This document shows, piece by piece, positions 37,395 through 45,823 of a stretch of 55,926 bases of DNA. The stretch is from a virus (Duplodnaviria; Caudoviricetes), in the IMG/VR virus record IMGVR_UViG_3300017971_001822, positions 1-55,926 of that record. The stretch is one strand, 5' to 3'. Each line of letters starts with the position of its first letter. Within the stretch, counting starts at the first letter, position 1. The position numbers and the translations under genes are program-made. The notes under the pieces were generated by a model, which was not told the origin of the DNA, ran no database searches, and saw only the letters and a program-made list of their open reading frames with translations.

Positions 37395-37651
37395 TTGCGA
37401 CCTTTCTTTAACAAATTCTTTCTGGCTTTGTTACAGACCTTACAGTTTGGTTTGACGTTGGGTGAGTAGTCTCGGTCGCCGAATACCACGGCTTGTAAAC
37501 ACGATGCATAAAATGGGACGGACTTCCCACACAGGGTATTCGTCCCGTCTTTGGGCATCCAATGCAACTTGAGCACTGGAGATTTTTCTCTGCCGTACTC
37601 GTCTACCCGAACCCAACTGACTCTTTCGAACGAATCCTTTGTGGCCATCAA
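37391..37651 (-). CDS. Hypothetical Zn-binding protein
   Basis: H...TLCG...CKVC. Confidence 0.55.
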   Translation of the reverse strand: MMATKDSFERVSWVRVDEYGREKSPVLKLHWMPKDGTNTLCGKSVPFYASCLQAVVFGDRDYSPNVKPNCKVCNKARKNLLKKGRK

Positions 37652-38061
37652 CGATACCCTCCGACTAGGACTCGTTGTCTACCATTTGGTAGACGCTCTC
37701 GCCTCACCGAGCGACCACGTCGCTCTTGCTGTTGACGAATGACATGGAACGCATAGTTGCCCTTGAGTCCAGCCATCCATGAATCATTGTATTTACGTTT
37801 ATCAAACTGTGAGACGATAGCTTCGTAGGTTCCGTCTTCTTTCTTCAGAAAGCCGAGGTCGTTGCTTGAGCCACCGACGTTCTGACGACGGATGATGATA
37901 TGTGCAGTTTGTTCTCGCATGTCGCCCTTGTAGCCATATAGGTTTTGGGGCACCTCATGAACTTCAATCTGGGAAGCTTGCCACTGACCAGACTCCATGA
38001 GGGCAGCGATTAGCGCCTCAGCACTTTTGAATTGAGTTTGGACAGAACAATACATACTCAT
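37648..38061 (-). CDS. DUF1257 (Ycf35-like) protein
   Basis: MS....V.TQ....L..AL, LYGY.GD.R, IIRR..VG..SNDLGF...DG.Y. Confidence 0.75.
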   Translation of the reverse strand: MSMYCSVQTQFKSAEALIAALMESGQWQASQIEVHEVPQNLYGYKGDMREQTAHIIIRRQNVGGSSNDLGFLKKEDGTYEAIVSQFDKRKYNDSWMAGLKGNYAFHVIRQQQERRGRSVRRERLPNGRQRVLVGGYR

Positions 38062-39077
38062 CAGATAACCACCTTTCTCTTGAGGCTGTTGATGAACTTG
38101 CTTTCAGCATCGCCGTGGGCCGCTGCTTTCTGGCGAATGGTATCAAGAGTAGTCGTGACAGCCTTCTTCAAGGCGTCGTTTTCGAAGTCCTTCGGAGTTA
38201 CATCACCGCCGAGAAACTTGCTTTTGAATTCGACTAGCATCTTCTCGATCTCCTGATCGCCAAAGATGTTCATTTGCTTGAACCTGTCAACATACTTTCT
38301 GAAGTATGATACGGTTCTGGGCATGAGCTTCTTGGCGTGCTCTTCGTCTTCGAAGGGCTTGCCATTGATTCTTGCCGCCATCAATTCGCAGAAGCGGACA
38401 GTTTCTGCTCGCATCGAATTGACGTACTCTTCGACGAAACCACCAACCTCCTCCTTCATCTGGGTTCGCAGTTCGTGCTTTCTCTCTTCTCGGACAGCCT
38501 CTTTTGCAACGAGTTCGTCGATATTTGCCTCTTGCATTTCTCCGACACCAGCGACCTTGAACGTGTACCAGTTGAACTTGAACTTATGACGAAGAGATTC
38601 TGCGCTCGACGGGTAACAGTGCTTCAGGCATTTTTCCCAGAATTCTGGATACTGACTCTTGACAGTGTCCTTCATGTCTGCGAATCTGGCTACGAAGCTG
38701 TCAACTCTCTGGAAGAACTCTTCTTTCAGGCCCTTAAGCTCTTGTTCGACGCTAGGGAGCATCTTGACAGGGACGAAGTGGCTGCTTGAGATACCGAAGG
38801 GGACTGACCACTTTGCAAGATATACTCTGGCTCTTTGTTGAATGTTGTTCATTACTTTCAACTCAGACTTGGGAACTAAAAGCTTTCTTCCATAGTTGAC
38901 GATGTCCCTCGGAAGACTAGCCGGGTCGATACCCACCTTCCGAAGATCTTCTTCCGTGATCATTTTCCTACCCGACCACATCCCTATGCTCAGGTTCACG
39001 AGACAGCCGACATCGAAGAGATTGACAGCTTGTTCGTCTTTCTCGACGGCTGGCTCTACGACAGTTGCGTTACTCAT
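38061..39077 (-). CDS. DUF3150-like helical protein
   Basis: LV.L.I..WSG.K, G.K.L.PK, S.PF...FVP, YP...L..KF.F.W patterns; sits between the AAA ATPase and DUF1257. Confidence 0.6.
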   Translation of the reverse strand: MSNATVVEPAVEKDEQAVNLFDVGCLVNLSIGMWSGRKMITEEDLRKVGIDPASLPRDIVNYGRKLLVPKSELKVMNNIQQRARVYLAKWSVPFGISSSHFVPVKMLPSVEQELKGLKEEFFQRVDSFVARFADMKDTVKSQYPEFWEKCLKHCYPSSAESLRHKFKFNWYTFKVAGVGEMQEANIDELVAKEAVREERKHELRTQMKEEVGGFVEEYVNSMRAETVRFCELMAARINGKPFEDEEHAKKLMPRTVSYFRKYVDRFKQMNIFGDQEIEKMLVEFKSKFLGGDVTPKDFENDALKKAVTTTLDTIRQKAAAHGDAESKFINSLKRKVVI

Positions 39078-39090
39078 AATTGCCTCCTAT

Positions 39091-40638
39091 CTAAACAGTA
39101 ACTTTTCTGGTTTTGACTTGTTTATCGACAATCGTCGGGTTGGCTTGCTTTGCTCTTTGGTCACACCATTCACGAATATTCTTAATCCTGCCCGGCTCGG
39201 TCTTGGACAGGGGGACGATACTCTTGATCGCTTCTAGTGCGTGCGGCATATCCAGATCTTCTTCGCGGCTGAATGCGATTTTCAGACTGAGCTTGACAGC
39301 CTGCTCTATATCTGCACCAGTGAACCCGTCAGACTCTTCTGCGAATTTCGTTAATGCGACATCGGTGAATCGACTTCTTCCTCGCTTCTTGAAGTGAATG
39401 TCGAAGATGACTTTTCGTTCGTCTAATTTCGGCAAGTCCATGCCGAAGATCTCATCGAACCTTCCTTTTCGTGCGAACTCAGGCGGAAGACTCTGAACTT
39501 CATTCGCGGTTGCCACAGTGTAGACTGGTGACGTTCTGTCGTTTAACCACTTGATGAACGTCCCGAATACTCGGCGAGACGAACCGCCATCCATATCTCC
39601 AGAGCCGCCAAAGCCTTTTTCAATTTCGTCGAGTTGCAAAACGCACGGTGCTATCCGCTCGATGACTTTGATTGCTTCTCTCATGTTGGCTTCTGAGTCA
39701 CCGACATACTTGGACATCACGTTGCCTATATCCATCGAGATTAGCGGCAGGCCAAACTCAGACGCTATTGCCAGAGATAGCAGCGTCTTTCCACAGCCGG
39801 GGATACCAACCAGCAGCAACCCTTTCGGGAACTCGATGCCGAATTCTCTAGCCTCTTCGCTGAAACATGGTTTATCTAATTCAACGTGATCCTTCAAGGC
39901 TTGATAGCCACCGACGTTATCCAGCCCACCTTCTGGCGGTTCCATGTAAGTCAACAGGCCAGACGACTTAATGACAGTGGCCTTCTCTTTGAGGATCGTT
40001 TGTGTAGCCAGATCGTTTAGGTCTTTGTTCTTTCTTAACGCCAATGCGACACGATCCAGCACCTGCTGTTGCGTCATGCCTCGACAAGCGTTGATGATTT
40101 CTGGGATCATGTCTTCGCTTGGCTCAAACTTATCCCCGTTGCTGTTCTCGACACCCTCGCAGACAAAGCGGATTTGTTTCTCGATCTGTTCCTTATCGGG
40201 GAGATCGAAATCCATCTCGGTGATGTCATGCTTTAACGGGTTGGGGATCTTGAAGTCGGCACCTGCGAAGACTAGGGTTTGTCCCATGTTCGCGGCGGCT
40301 TGTTTGATCTCGTCCAACCAAGCTATGACAATATCGAATTGTGGATACGTTTGATGGTCGAGATAATAGCCGAAGTCTTTGAAGACACAAATTGAATCTT
40401 CGTCAAGTTTCGGCAAGTCCTGAATTGCGACTTCTGGCCCGGTTGCTTGGTCGGCGACCTGTTCGCCGTCCTTGTCTCTCCATCCAGTTGCGATAGACCA
40501 CACGAACACGTTGCGGCCCATCTCTGCTGCGGCTTCCCTGATCTGGTCAATAGCTCTGTCTTTCTCGTGCGTTCGGACTGAGAGCATTGCGTGACCAGAA
40601 AGACAATAGTCGACAAAATCATTCTTGAAGTCGTTCAT
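39091..40638 (-). CDS. Ycf46-like AAA+ ATPase
   Basis: Degenerate N-terminal AAA; VGG...LK, PKGLLLVGIPGCGKT, KYVGDSE, LDEIEKGF, ATAN, PPEFARKGRFDEIF, FTGADIEQ. Confidence 0.88.
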   Translation of the reverse strand: MNDFKNDFVDYCLSGHAMLSVRTHEKDRAIDQIREAAAEMGRNVFVWSIATGWRDKDGEQVADQATGPEVAIQDLPKLDEDSICVFKDFGYYLDHQTYPQFDIVIAWLDEIKQAAANMGQTLVFAGADFKIPNPLKHDITEMDFDLPDKEQIEKQIRFVCEGVENSNGDKFEPSEDMIPEIINACRGMTQQQVLDRVALALRKNKDLNDLATQTILKEKATVIKSSGLLTYMEPPEGGLDNVGGYQALKDHVELDKPCFSEEAREFGIEFPKGLLLVGIPGCGKTLLSLAIASEFGLPLISMDIGNVMSKYVGDSEANMREAIKVIERIAPCVLQLDEIEKGFGGSGDMDGGSSRRVFGTFIKWLNDRTSPVYTVATANEVQSLPPEFARKGRFDEIFGMDLPKLDERKVIFDIHFKKRGRSRFTDVALTKFAEESDGFTGADIEQAVKLSLKIAFSREEDLDMPHALEAIKSIVPLSKTEPGRIKNIREWCDQRAKQANPTIVDKQVKTRKVTV

Positions 40639-40683
40639 AAGAGTCCTCCAGTAAGAATAGCTTACCATATTTTTAGAGGTGAG

Positions 40684-40917
40684 TCAATTTAATTCGTCAA
40701 GAAGTTGACGAATTTCGGAAAGTTCTCTTCGGGTTGCTTCCTTGTCGAATCGGAAGTCTTTTATTAGAATAGAGATGTGTTGAATTAGCACGTCGAGGTT
40801 GTCTTCATGCTTTTTCGAGGGTTTGCGGGTTATGAGACCGTCGCTATCCATATCCTCGCGGTCAAGAATCGCTCTTAACTTCTTTGCTAGTTTGGATTTC
40901 TCGCTCTTGGTCATCAC
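40684..40917 (-). CDS. Small coiled-coil protein with FDxEATRRE motif
   Basis: IKDFRFDKEATRREL resembles IKYILFDLEATRREN of the 48571-48858 protein; promoter motif directly upstream. Confidence 0.6.
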   Translation of the reverse strand: MMTKSEKSKLAKKLRAILDREDMDSDGLITRKPSKKHEDNLDVLIQHISILIKDFRFDKEATRRELSEIRQLLDELN

Positions 40918-40920
40918 ACA

Positions 40921-40950
40921 ATTATATCAAGCTGGACGCTATTTTTCTAC
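40921..40950 (-). promoter_or_regulatory. Phage promoter motif, copy 4 (GTAGAAA-N14-TGATATAAT)
   Basis: Exact motif immediately upstream of the 40684-40917 gene and the AAA module. Confidence 0.75.
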
Positions 40951-41631
40951 CGAAATTTCACCTTTTTCTATTAATTTCGCCAGACCTAACTTCCGTTTCC
41001 TAAAGAAGTTAGAGAGAGCAATCTGCATCCCAAATGTGCGGTGTCGAACCGTTTGTGTCCATATAATTACGGCTGAATTGGAGAATCTCTCGCCTATAGC
41101 AGCCATCGTTATCTCAGAGAAACTTTCTCTCCGCATGCTCACGACATCTTCCCATAGCGACTTGAGTCGATTTTCATTGGATTGTGGGTATGAGATGCGA
41201 CGATATACTGGTTGCCATAAGCTGTTTTGTTCAGCCGCCCTTATAAATTCCGCCACCTTCTTGTCTACAATAGATTTAGCCTTTTCGATACTTCGTTCTG
41301 GCGACTTGCCAATTGGTCTTCCATGTTTGTCCACCATCATGCCATCTTCGAAGACACGATCTTTTCTACCCTTGTGTTTACTACTGACATACAGTATGCC
41401 TTTTTGTAAGTACACATGTGCAGGGCTGAACCTTGTGACTCTATCCCTAGTCGTCGGAGTGAACCATCCGCCGCTCTTCAGCCTATACCTTCCGTCTGGC
41501 CGGATGGTGACAACATTAGTTTCATGCAGTCTAACAACAAATGCCTTGCCCTTCCTGAACAAGTAAGTGTTGTTTGCTAATTTTCGCTTGTCCCTTTTGC
41601 CCATCATGACTTCTGCTTCTGAGTGAGTCAT
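40939..41631 (-). CDS. Hypothetical basic phage protein
   Basis: RKLANNT..VRLH.T...GGW.T.TT..R pattern; start at ATG 41631 after GGAG. Confidence 0.6.
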   Translation of the reverse strand: MTHSEAEVMMGKRDKRKLANNTYLFRKGKAFVVRLHETNVVTIRPDGRYRLKSGGWFTPTTRDRVTRFSPAHVYLQKGILYVSSKHKGRKDRVFEDGMMVDKHGRPIGKSPERSIEKAKSIVDKKVAEFIRAAEQNSLWQPVYRRISYPQSNENRLKSLWEDVVSMRRESFSEITMAAIGERFSNSAVIIWTQTVRHRTFGMQIALSNFFRKRKLGLAKLIEKGEISVEK

Positions 41632-41708
41632 AATTGTCTCCATCAATAGACAGACGACGACCACGCTATTTTCCGATAGCGTAGCCGTCGCCATACAGGG
41701 GAAACCTG

Positions 41709-41954
41709 TTAGTCTACTGAGTCTTCCATGTCAGCTTCTGATCCGTACAAGTAATCGCCAGCGTTCGCTAGTTCAAACCCCATTTTTCTGAGGATGCTAG
41801 CGCCTTTTCTGCGATTGCTCGTGTTTTTCAACTGGTTCGCCATCGATCCAATGATACCCTTCTTGATAGCGATAACGCATACGCCGTCTTCTCGATCAAC
41901 CTCGACAATCTCGAACGCCGGGTCTTTTGTCGCTGTCCTAGTTTCTTCTGACAT
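41709..41954 (-). CDS. Hypothetical protein
   Basis: AAGGA RBS; promoter motif upstream. Confidence 0.6.
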   Translation of the reverse strand: MSEETRTATKDPAFEIVEVDREDGVCVIAIKKGIIGSMANQLKNTSNRRKGASILRKMGFELANAGDYLYGSEADMEDSVD

Positions 41955-41991
41955 TTGTTTTCCTTTCTGTTTTTGTTGATCTTAACGCTTA

Positions 41992-42021
41992 ATTATATCA
42001 GCTTCCAGTCGTTTTTTCTAC
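41992..42021 (-). promoter_or_regulatory. Phage promoter motif, copy 5 (GTAGAAA-N14-TGATATAAT)
   Basis: Exact motif, divergent from the HNH gene. Confidence 0.75.
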
Positions 42022-42104
42022 CGGATTTTCAATATTTTTGTCCTCCAAAAGATTCTATTATTTACACACGTAAAAATGTGTATAATAGATTAAGGGGGTG
42101 TTTT

Positions 42105-42716
42105 GTGAAAGAAAAAAGGTGTTCCATGTGCAACAAGCCTCTTCCAAGCGGAAGAGCAAGGTGTCGCAGGTGTGAAAATAAGTTTAATAAATACCAAACC
42201 GAGAGGCTCCGCAAGCTGCGAGAAGAGGGTAGATGTACTGTTTGTGCCGTTAAAGTGGAGACTGGCAGATCTCGCTGTGGCGATTGTATCGCGGATGGCC
42301 ATGAGTACGTTGTCAAGAGGCGCTTGCAACTTGCAGATAAAGGCATATGTACTTTTTGTGGCAAGGAGCCGCAACTAGATTCTCTTAGAACTGTTGCCAA
42401 ACAATCTAGGCTAGGCGAAGTTTGCTATTTAAAGAGGAAGTCTTATGATTTCTTTGGCACCAATAAGTATTGGGAGCATATTAGGCTTGTCCTTGAAGAA
42501 CAAGGCTGTAAATGCAGCTACACTGGGCAAGAGATTGTTCTCGGCGAGAATGATTCTCTTGATCATGTCTTGCCAAAAAAGAGATTTCCAGACAAACGAA
42601 AAGATCTTGACAATATTCAGTGGGTTACTCGCAGAGTGAATAAAATGAAAGACGACATGACGGAAGATGAGTTCTTGTCACTCGTCGCTCTCATTCTGAA
42701 TCACTCCGAATTTTGA
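42105..42716 (+). CDS. HNH homing-type endonuclease with N-terminal CxxC repeats
   Basis: Three CxxC...CxxC units, then CSYTG...SLDHVLP...NIQWV...VNKMK; GTG start at 42105 after GGGGG RBS and TATAAT at 42081. Confidence 0.82.
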   Translation: MKEKRCSMCNKPLPSGRARCRRCENKFNKYQTERLRKLREEGRCTVCAVKVETGRSRCGDCIADGHEYVVKRRLQLADKGICTFCGKEPQLDSLRTVAKQSRLGEVCYLKRKSYDFFGTNKYWEHIRLVLEEQGCKCSYTGQEIVLGENDSLDHVLPKKRFPDKRKDLDNIQWVTRRVNKMKDDMTEDEFLSLVALILNHSEF

Positions 42717-42896
42717 TTGGAGCCAAATTCGCTCATGCACGTAATAAAACCCTAACTTAAGGACGAAGTCAAAAGGCGCAACGGCAAGGCCAACGGCGAG
42801 ATCGCCTGTGACTATGAATGCTGCTAGGCCAGACAGTAGGCTGGCACATATTCTGTATGTGAATGCTTTGGCGATATGCCTTCTTCGTTGAACCAT
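42678..42896 (-). CDS. DUF2061 small membrane protein
   Basis: RH.AKA.TYR...K...YY.HER.W signature. Confidence 0.8.
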   Translation of the reverse strand: MVQRRRHIAKAFTYRICASLLSGLAAFIVTGDLAVGLAVAPFDFVLKLGFYYVHERIWLQSKFGVIQNESDE

Positions 42897-42906
42897 GATT
42901 TTCCTC

Positions 42907-43158
42907 CTAGTATATGACTACCTGACGACCCATCGAGTCTTCTCTGTAGCCTTCGGAATCCGAGAACTCCTGCGGGATTGGTTCTCCATCCGCTGCGAGC
43001 GATGCGACTGCCGGGATGATTGTAGTTATATCGTCTACGACTACAGCATATGTTGTCTTGTCATACATGCCGCGACCAGAGTATGAATCTCTGACGTCGC
43101 AGTCATGCCCAATGAAGTGCATTGCGCTCTGAATAAAATACGCTTCTTCCTGAGTCAT
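42907..43158 (-). CDS. Hypothetical protein
   Basis: YSGRGMY...DSMGR motif; AGGAG RBS. Confidence 0.6.
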   Translation of the reverse strand: MTQEEAYFIQSAMHFIGHDCDVRDSYSGRGMYDKTTYAVVVDDITTIIPAVASLAADGEPIPQEFSDSEGYREDSMGRQVVIY

Positions 43159-43159
43159 T

Positions 43160-43357
43160 TTATTTCTCCTTGAAGAATTTGACGTGCAGGTTGAGACAAT
43201 CGATAAATAATCCCAACGTGCATATAACTCCGATTACTGCTTTAATTACCATCGGATGCGCGAGTTGGCCCTTGCTCCCGTATTCGAGAATCATCATGCC
43301 ATTAAACCCGTACAAACCGACTCCGAGTAAAAACATTAATCCGAACCAACAACTCAT
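43160..43357 (-). CDS. Small two-TM membrane protein
   Basis: Two hydrophobic segments; GGAGG RBS upstream of ATG 43357. Confidence 0.55.
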   Translation of the reverse strand: MSCWFGLMFLLGVGLYGFNGMMILEYGSKGQLAHPMVIKAVIGVICTLGLFIDCLNLHVKFFKEK

Positions 43358-43359
43358 TG

Positions 43360-43812
43360 TTAACCTCCTACAAACTGTATTCGTTCTTGTTGTTCTTCGT
43401 CTAGGCATTCATAATATGCGTATTCCGGCCAGATGCAGTCTGTTCTCACTTCCACATTGATTTTTGGTTCAAGCTTGACTAGCCAATCTACAGTAGCTGA
43501 GACGCAGCAGTTTCCGTAGACGCCAGCGACGACTAGATCTTTCGGCCACTGTGTCCGCCTAAGCTCATACAAAACTTCCGCAGCGCCGCTCACTCTTTCT
43601 TTGTGGACGACCTTAACGAGATCTTCGTACTCCCAGAGTGCGTCGATTATCTCTTGGTCGGTATCGCTGCAAGCGCAGTCGTACTCTACCAAAATGATCG
43701 GCCATCGCTTTCTGCCAAACTCGTGAATTAGATGTACTACTCTCTGTAAAAGAGAGTAACTGTCATCGCCGAGATACGCTTCTTGCATATCAATTATCAC
43801 AAGAGTTTTCAT
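43360..43812 (-). CDS. Isochorismatase-family cysteine hydrolase
   Basis: LVIIDMQ (Asp), HK (Lys), AGVYGNCCV (Cys) triad. Confidence 0.8.
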   Translation of the reverse strand: MKTLVIIDMQEAYLGDDSYSLLQRVVHLIHEFGRKRWPIILVEYDCACSDTDQEIIDALWEYEDLVKVVHKERVSGAAEVLYELRRTQWPKDLVVAGVYGNCCVSATVDWLVKLEPKINVEVRTDCIWPEYAYYECLDEEQQERIQFVGG

Positions 43813-44260
43813 TTTGACGTTCCTCTGCCAGAATCTCCGAGATGGTTGGCTCTCTATTCTCCGATGCTTTCTTTAAAGCGTCTTGGAATTCTTCATCTGA
43901 CACCACTCGTGGATCTGGTAGATCGTGACAGTGAATGCCGAAGAAGTATCCTTGATCTAGAGAGCTTTCTGATGGGCCAGTATATCCGGGCTTTCCGGCT
44001 TTTTCCCAACAGGCGACGTGATACATACACGGCTCATATCCATCGATTTCGACTGTGCCAAAATTGTTTGTGTGCAACCTACCATATCCGTCGTATTCGC
44101 CTTTGATGCTACTGTCGTCTTCTTCCACGACAACCGCCCACATCATCCATTCGTTGTCGTGCCTGTCCTCTGGGTTTGGATCTTCCTGACAGGGGCCGAT
44201 AGAGTATGGATTAAGAATAGAATGTCCACACTGTTTGCAATCCCAACTGAAAAATCCCAT
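43790..44260 (-). CDS. Hypothetical protein (MGFFSW...GEYDGYGR family)
   Basis: CKQC, GEYDGYGR, HVACW, DQGYF; start at ATG 44260. Confidence 0.6.
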   Translation of the reverse strand: MGFFSWDCKQCGHSILNPYSIGPCQEDPNPEDRHDNEWMMWAVVVEEDDSSIKGEYDGYGRLHTNNFGTVEIDGYEPCMYHVACWEKAGKPGYTGPSESSLDQGYFFGIHCHDLPDPRVVSDEEFQDALKKASENREPTISEILAEERQNENSCDN

Positions 44261-44261
44261 G

Positions 44262-44450
44262 TCACTTCCCTTTCTTACTATCTTCTGGCCAGACACCATA
44301 TGGCTCTGAATATTTGGGGGCCATATGTTCTTCGCAGAAAGCTGGTTTATCTTTGACGAACGGCCACATGACCGTTGCGCTCTTACCACATATAACGCAC
44401 TTGCCAAGATCTGTCGTCGTCTTTTGGTTTGATGCTTTTCGGCGTCTCAT
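44262..44450 (-). CDS. Small Zn-finger hypothetical protein
   Basis: CVICG...FCEEH. Confidence 0.5.
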   Translation of the reverse strand: MRRRKASNQKTTTDLGKCVICGKSATVMWPFVKDKPAFCEEHMAPKYSEPYGVWPEDSKKGK

Positions 44451-44697
44451 CTGATTCCTCCATGTTACGGATTGTCCATGCGAGACCAAGCAGGTATCTG
44501 TCACTGACAGGTTCTCCATGCATTAGTCTGTGCAGCGTTTCGGCGCAAACCTCTGCGAGATTGTTGCCAGAGATCGCACATGACGAAAAGGACTCCAAGT
44601 ATAGGAATAGTTTTGTCATATCGAGCTTGGCAATGTATTCCTGCGCCCTATACGCTGCCGGATGAGGATCTCCGGGCGGTAATTCGCCGTGGCCCAT
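44383..44697 (-). CDS. Hypothetical protein
   Basis: AGGAG RBS; 104 aa. Confidence 0.55.
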   Translation of the reverse strand: MGHGELPPGDPHPAAYRAQEYIAKLDMTKLFLYLESFSSCAISGNNLAEVCAETLHRLMHGEPVSDRYLLGLAWTIRNMEESDETPKSIKPKDDDRSWQVRYMW

Positions 44698-44699
44698 GA

Positions 44700-44921
44700 C
44701 TATCTCCTAATTGAAGTATTTTGGTACGGCTGGCTTAAGTGGACGGGGAACGTGTGTTCCTCTTCGACGATATCCTCTAGCTCGTCTTCGTCGAGTTCAA
44801 CTTCGTCCATGTCCTCATAGACGGTGGGTTCATTGTAGTCTACTACGAACGATTGATGTACGCACTCTCCGTTCTCGTTGTAGACCTGTATTACTTGTCC
44901 TTTAAGAATTTTTCGATACAT
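44700..44921 (-). CDS. Acidic hypothetical protein
   Basis: Tiles on the minus strand. Confidence 0.5.
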   Translation of the reverse strand: MYRKILKGQVIQVYNENGECVHQSFVVDYNEPTVYEDMDEVELDEDELEDIVEEEHTFPVHLSQPYQNTSIRR

Positions 44922-45174
44922 TCTTTTTTCTCCTATGTTTGTTCTTGGACTTCTTCTTGGACTTGTTTTCTTCCTTCTTATCTCCCCCCTCTAACTCAGC
45001 CATTCTCTTCTTGGCGATCCGCCGCCACTGACGAATCGTGTGGTCGCTAGCATACTTGAACCCACTTCCTTCGTCTAGCAGGGCGTGGATCTCTTCCGGG
45101 GTTTGTGCCAGTTTGATACGCTGTTTGAGACCGATTGTGTTAGACATATTTGTCTCCTTATTAGCTTCTCGCAC
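44902..45174 (-). CDS. Basic hypothetical protein directly downstream of E1
   Basis: AAGGAG RBS before internal ATG (MSNTIG); K-rich tail. Confidence 0.55.
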   Translation of the reverse strand: MREANKETNMSNTIGLKQRIKLAQTPEEIHALLDEGSGFKYASDHTIRQWRRIAKKRMAELEGGDKKEENKSKKKSKNKHRRKKNVSKNS

Positions 45175-45823
45175 GCATCTCGTTCGTCAGAGTGTTCAGT
45201 TCGACCAGACGGTCGATTTCACATCCTCTGAGCCATTTGGCGAACTGTGCGACCATTACGCCAGCGGCTATGTTTGAACAATAGATTGTTGTCTTGGCGG
45301 TACAACTGCCCTGAAAAGATTCGCTCGACGGGAATATTTCATTTTCTTCATACCAGTCGCCGGTTTCGTCGTTGTACACAGATAGGACTCTGAGATATTC
45401 TGCCGACATTCTTCCATCGATCCATAGATCGGCTCGACTACGGACTTGTTGAAAGATCTCTTTGCGGGTATCAATCGAGTCGACGCAGCAGAAGATGACC
45501 CCCCCAGTAAACGATAGATTAGAAAACTTTCTATTTACCGTTGGTACGCTGATCTTGCTGTTGATCTGTTTGCACAAACCAGAGACGGCACTTACCTTTG
45601 ACTTGCCGAGATCTGTCTCGAAGAAACCTTGAGCGGCCAGATTCTCCACTTCGACTGAATCAAAGTCTATCAGCTTGATCTTTGGCACGCCTATCGCAGC
45701 AAGCTGGAGAGCGACTTGTCTTCCGATTGCTCCTACTCCGACAATCGTAACGTCAGTCTGCGACAGTTTCTCTGGTGGAATCAGATCTCTTTGGCGGATG
45801 TCTCGATCATCTAGATTGTTCAT
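45161..45823 (-). CDS. E1-like ThiF/MoeB-family adenylyltransferase
   Basis: RQ, VGVGAIG, IDFDSVE.ENL..Q, G.SKV, CVDS, DGRM and candidate catalytic Cys in GSCTAK. Confidence 0.88.
   Translation of the reverse strand: MNNLDDRDIRQRDLIPPEKLSQTDVTIVGVGAIGRQVALQLAAIGVPKIKLIDFDSVEVENLAAQGFFETDLGKSKVSAVSGLCKQINSKISVPTVNRKFSNLSFTGGVIFCCVDSIDTRKEIFQQVRSRADLWIDGRMSAEYLRVLSVYNDETGDWYEENEIFPSSESFQGSCTAKTTIYCSNIAAGVMVAQFAKWLRGCEIDRLVELNTLTNEMRARS

Noticed and set aside
41955-42104. N-terminal extension of the HNH ORF as given in the ORF track
   Set aside because: It spans the AT-rich divergent promoter region; the RBS and TATAAT support the GTG start at 42105.
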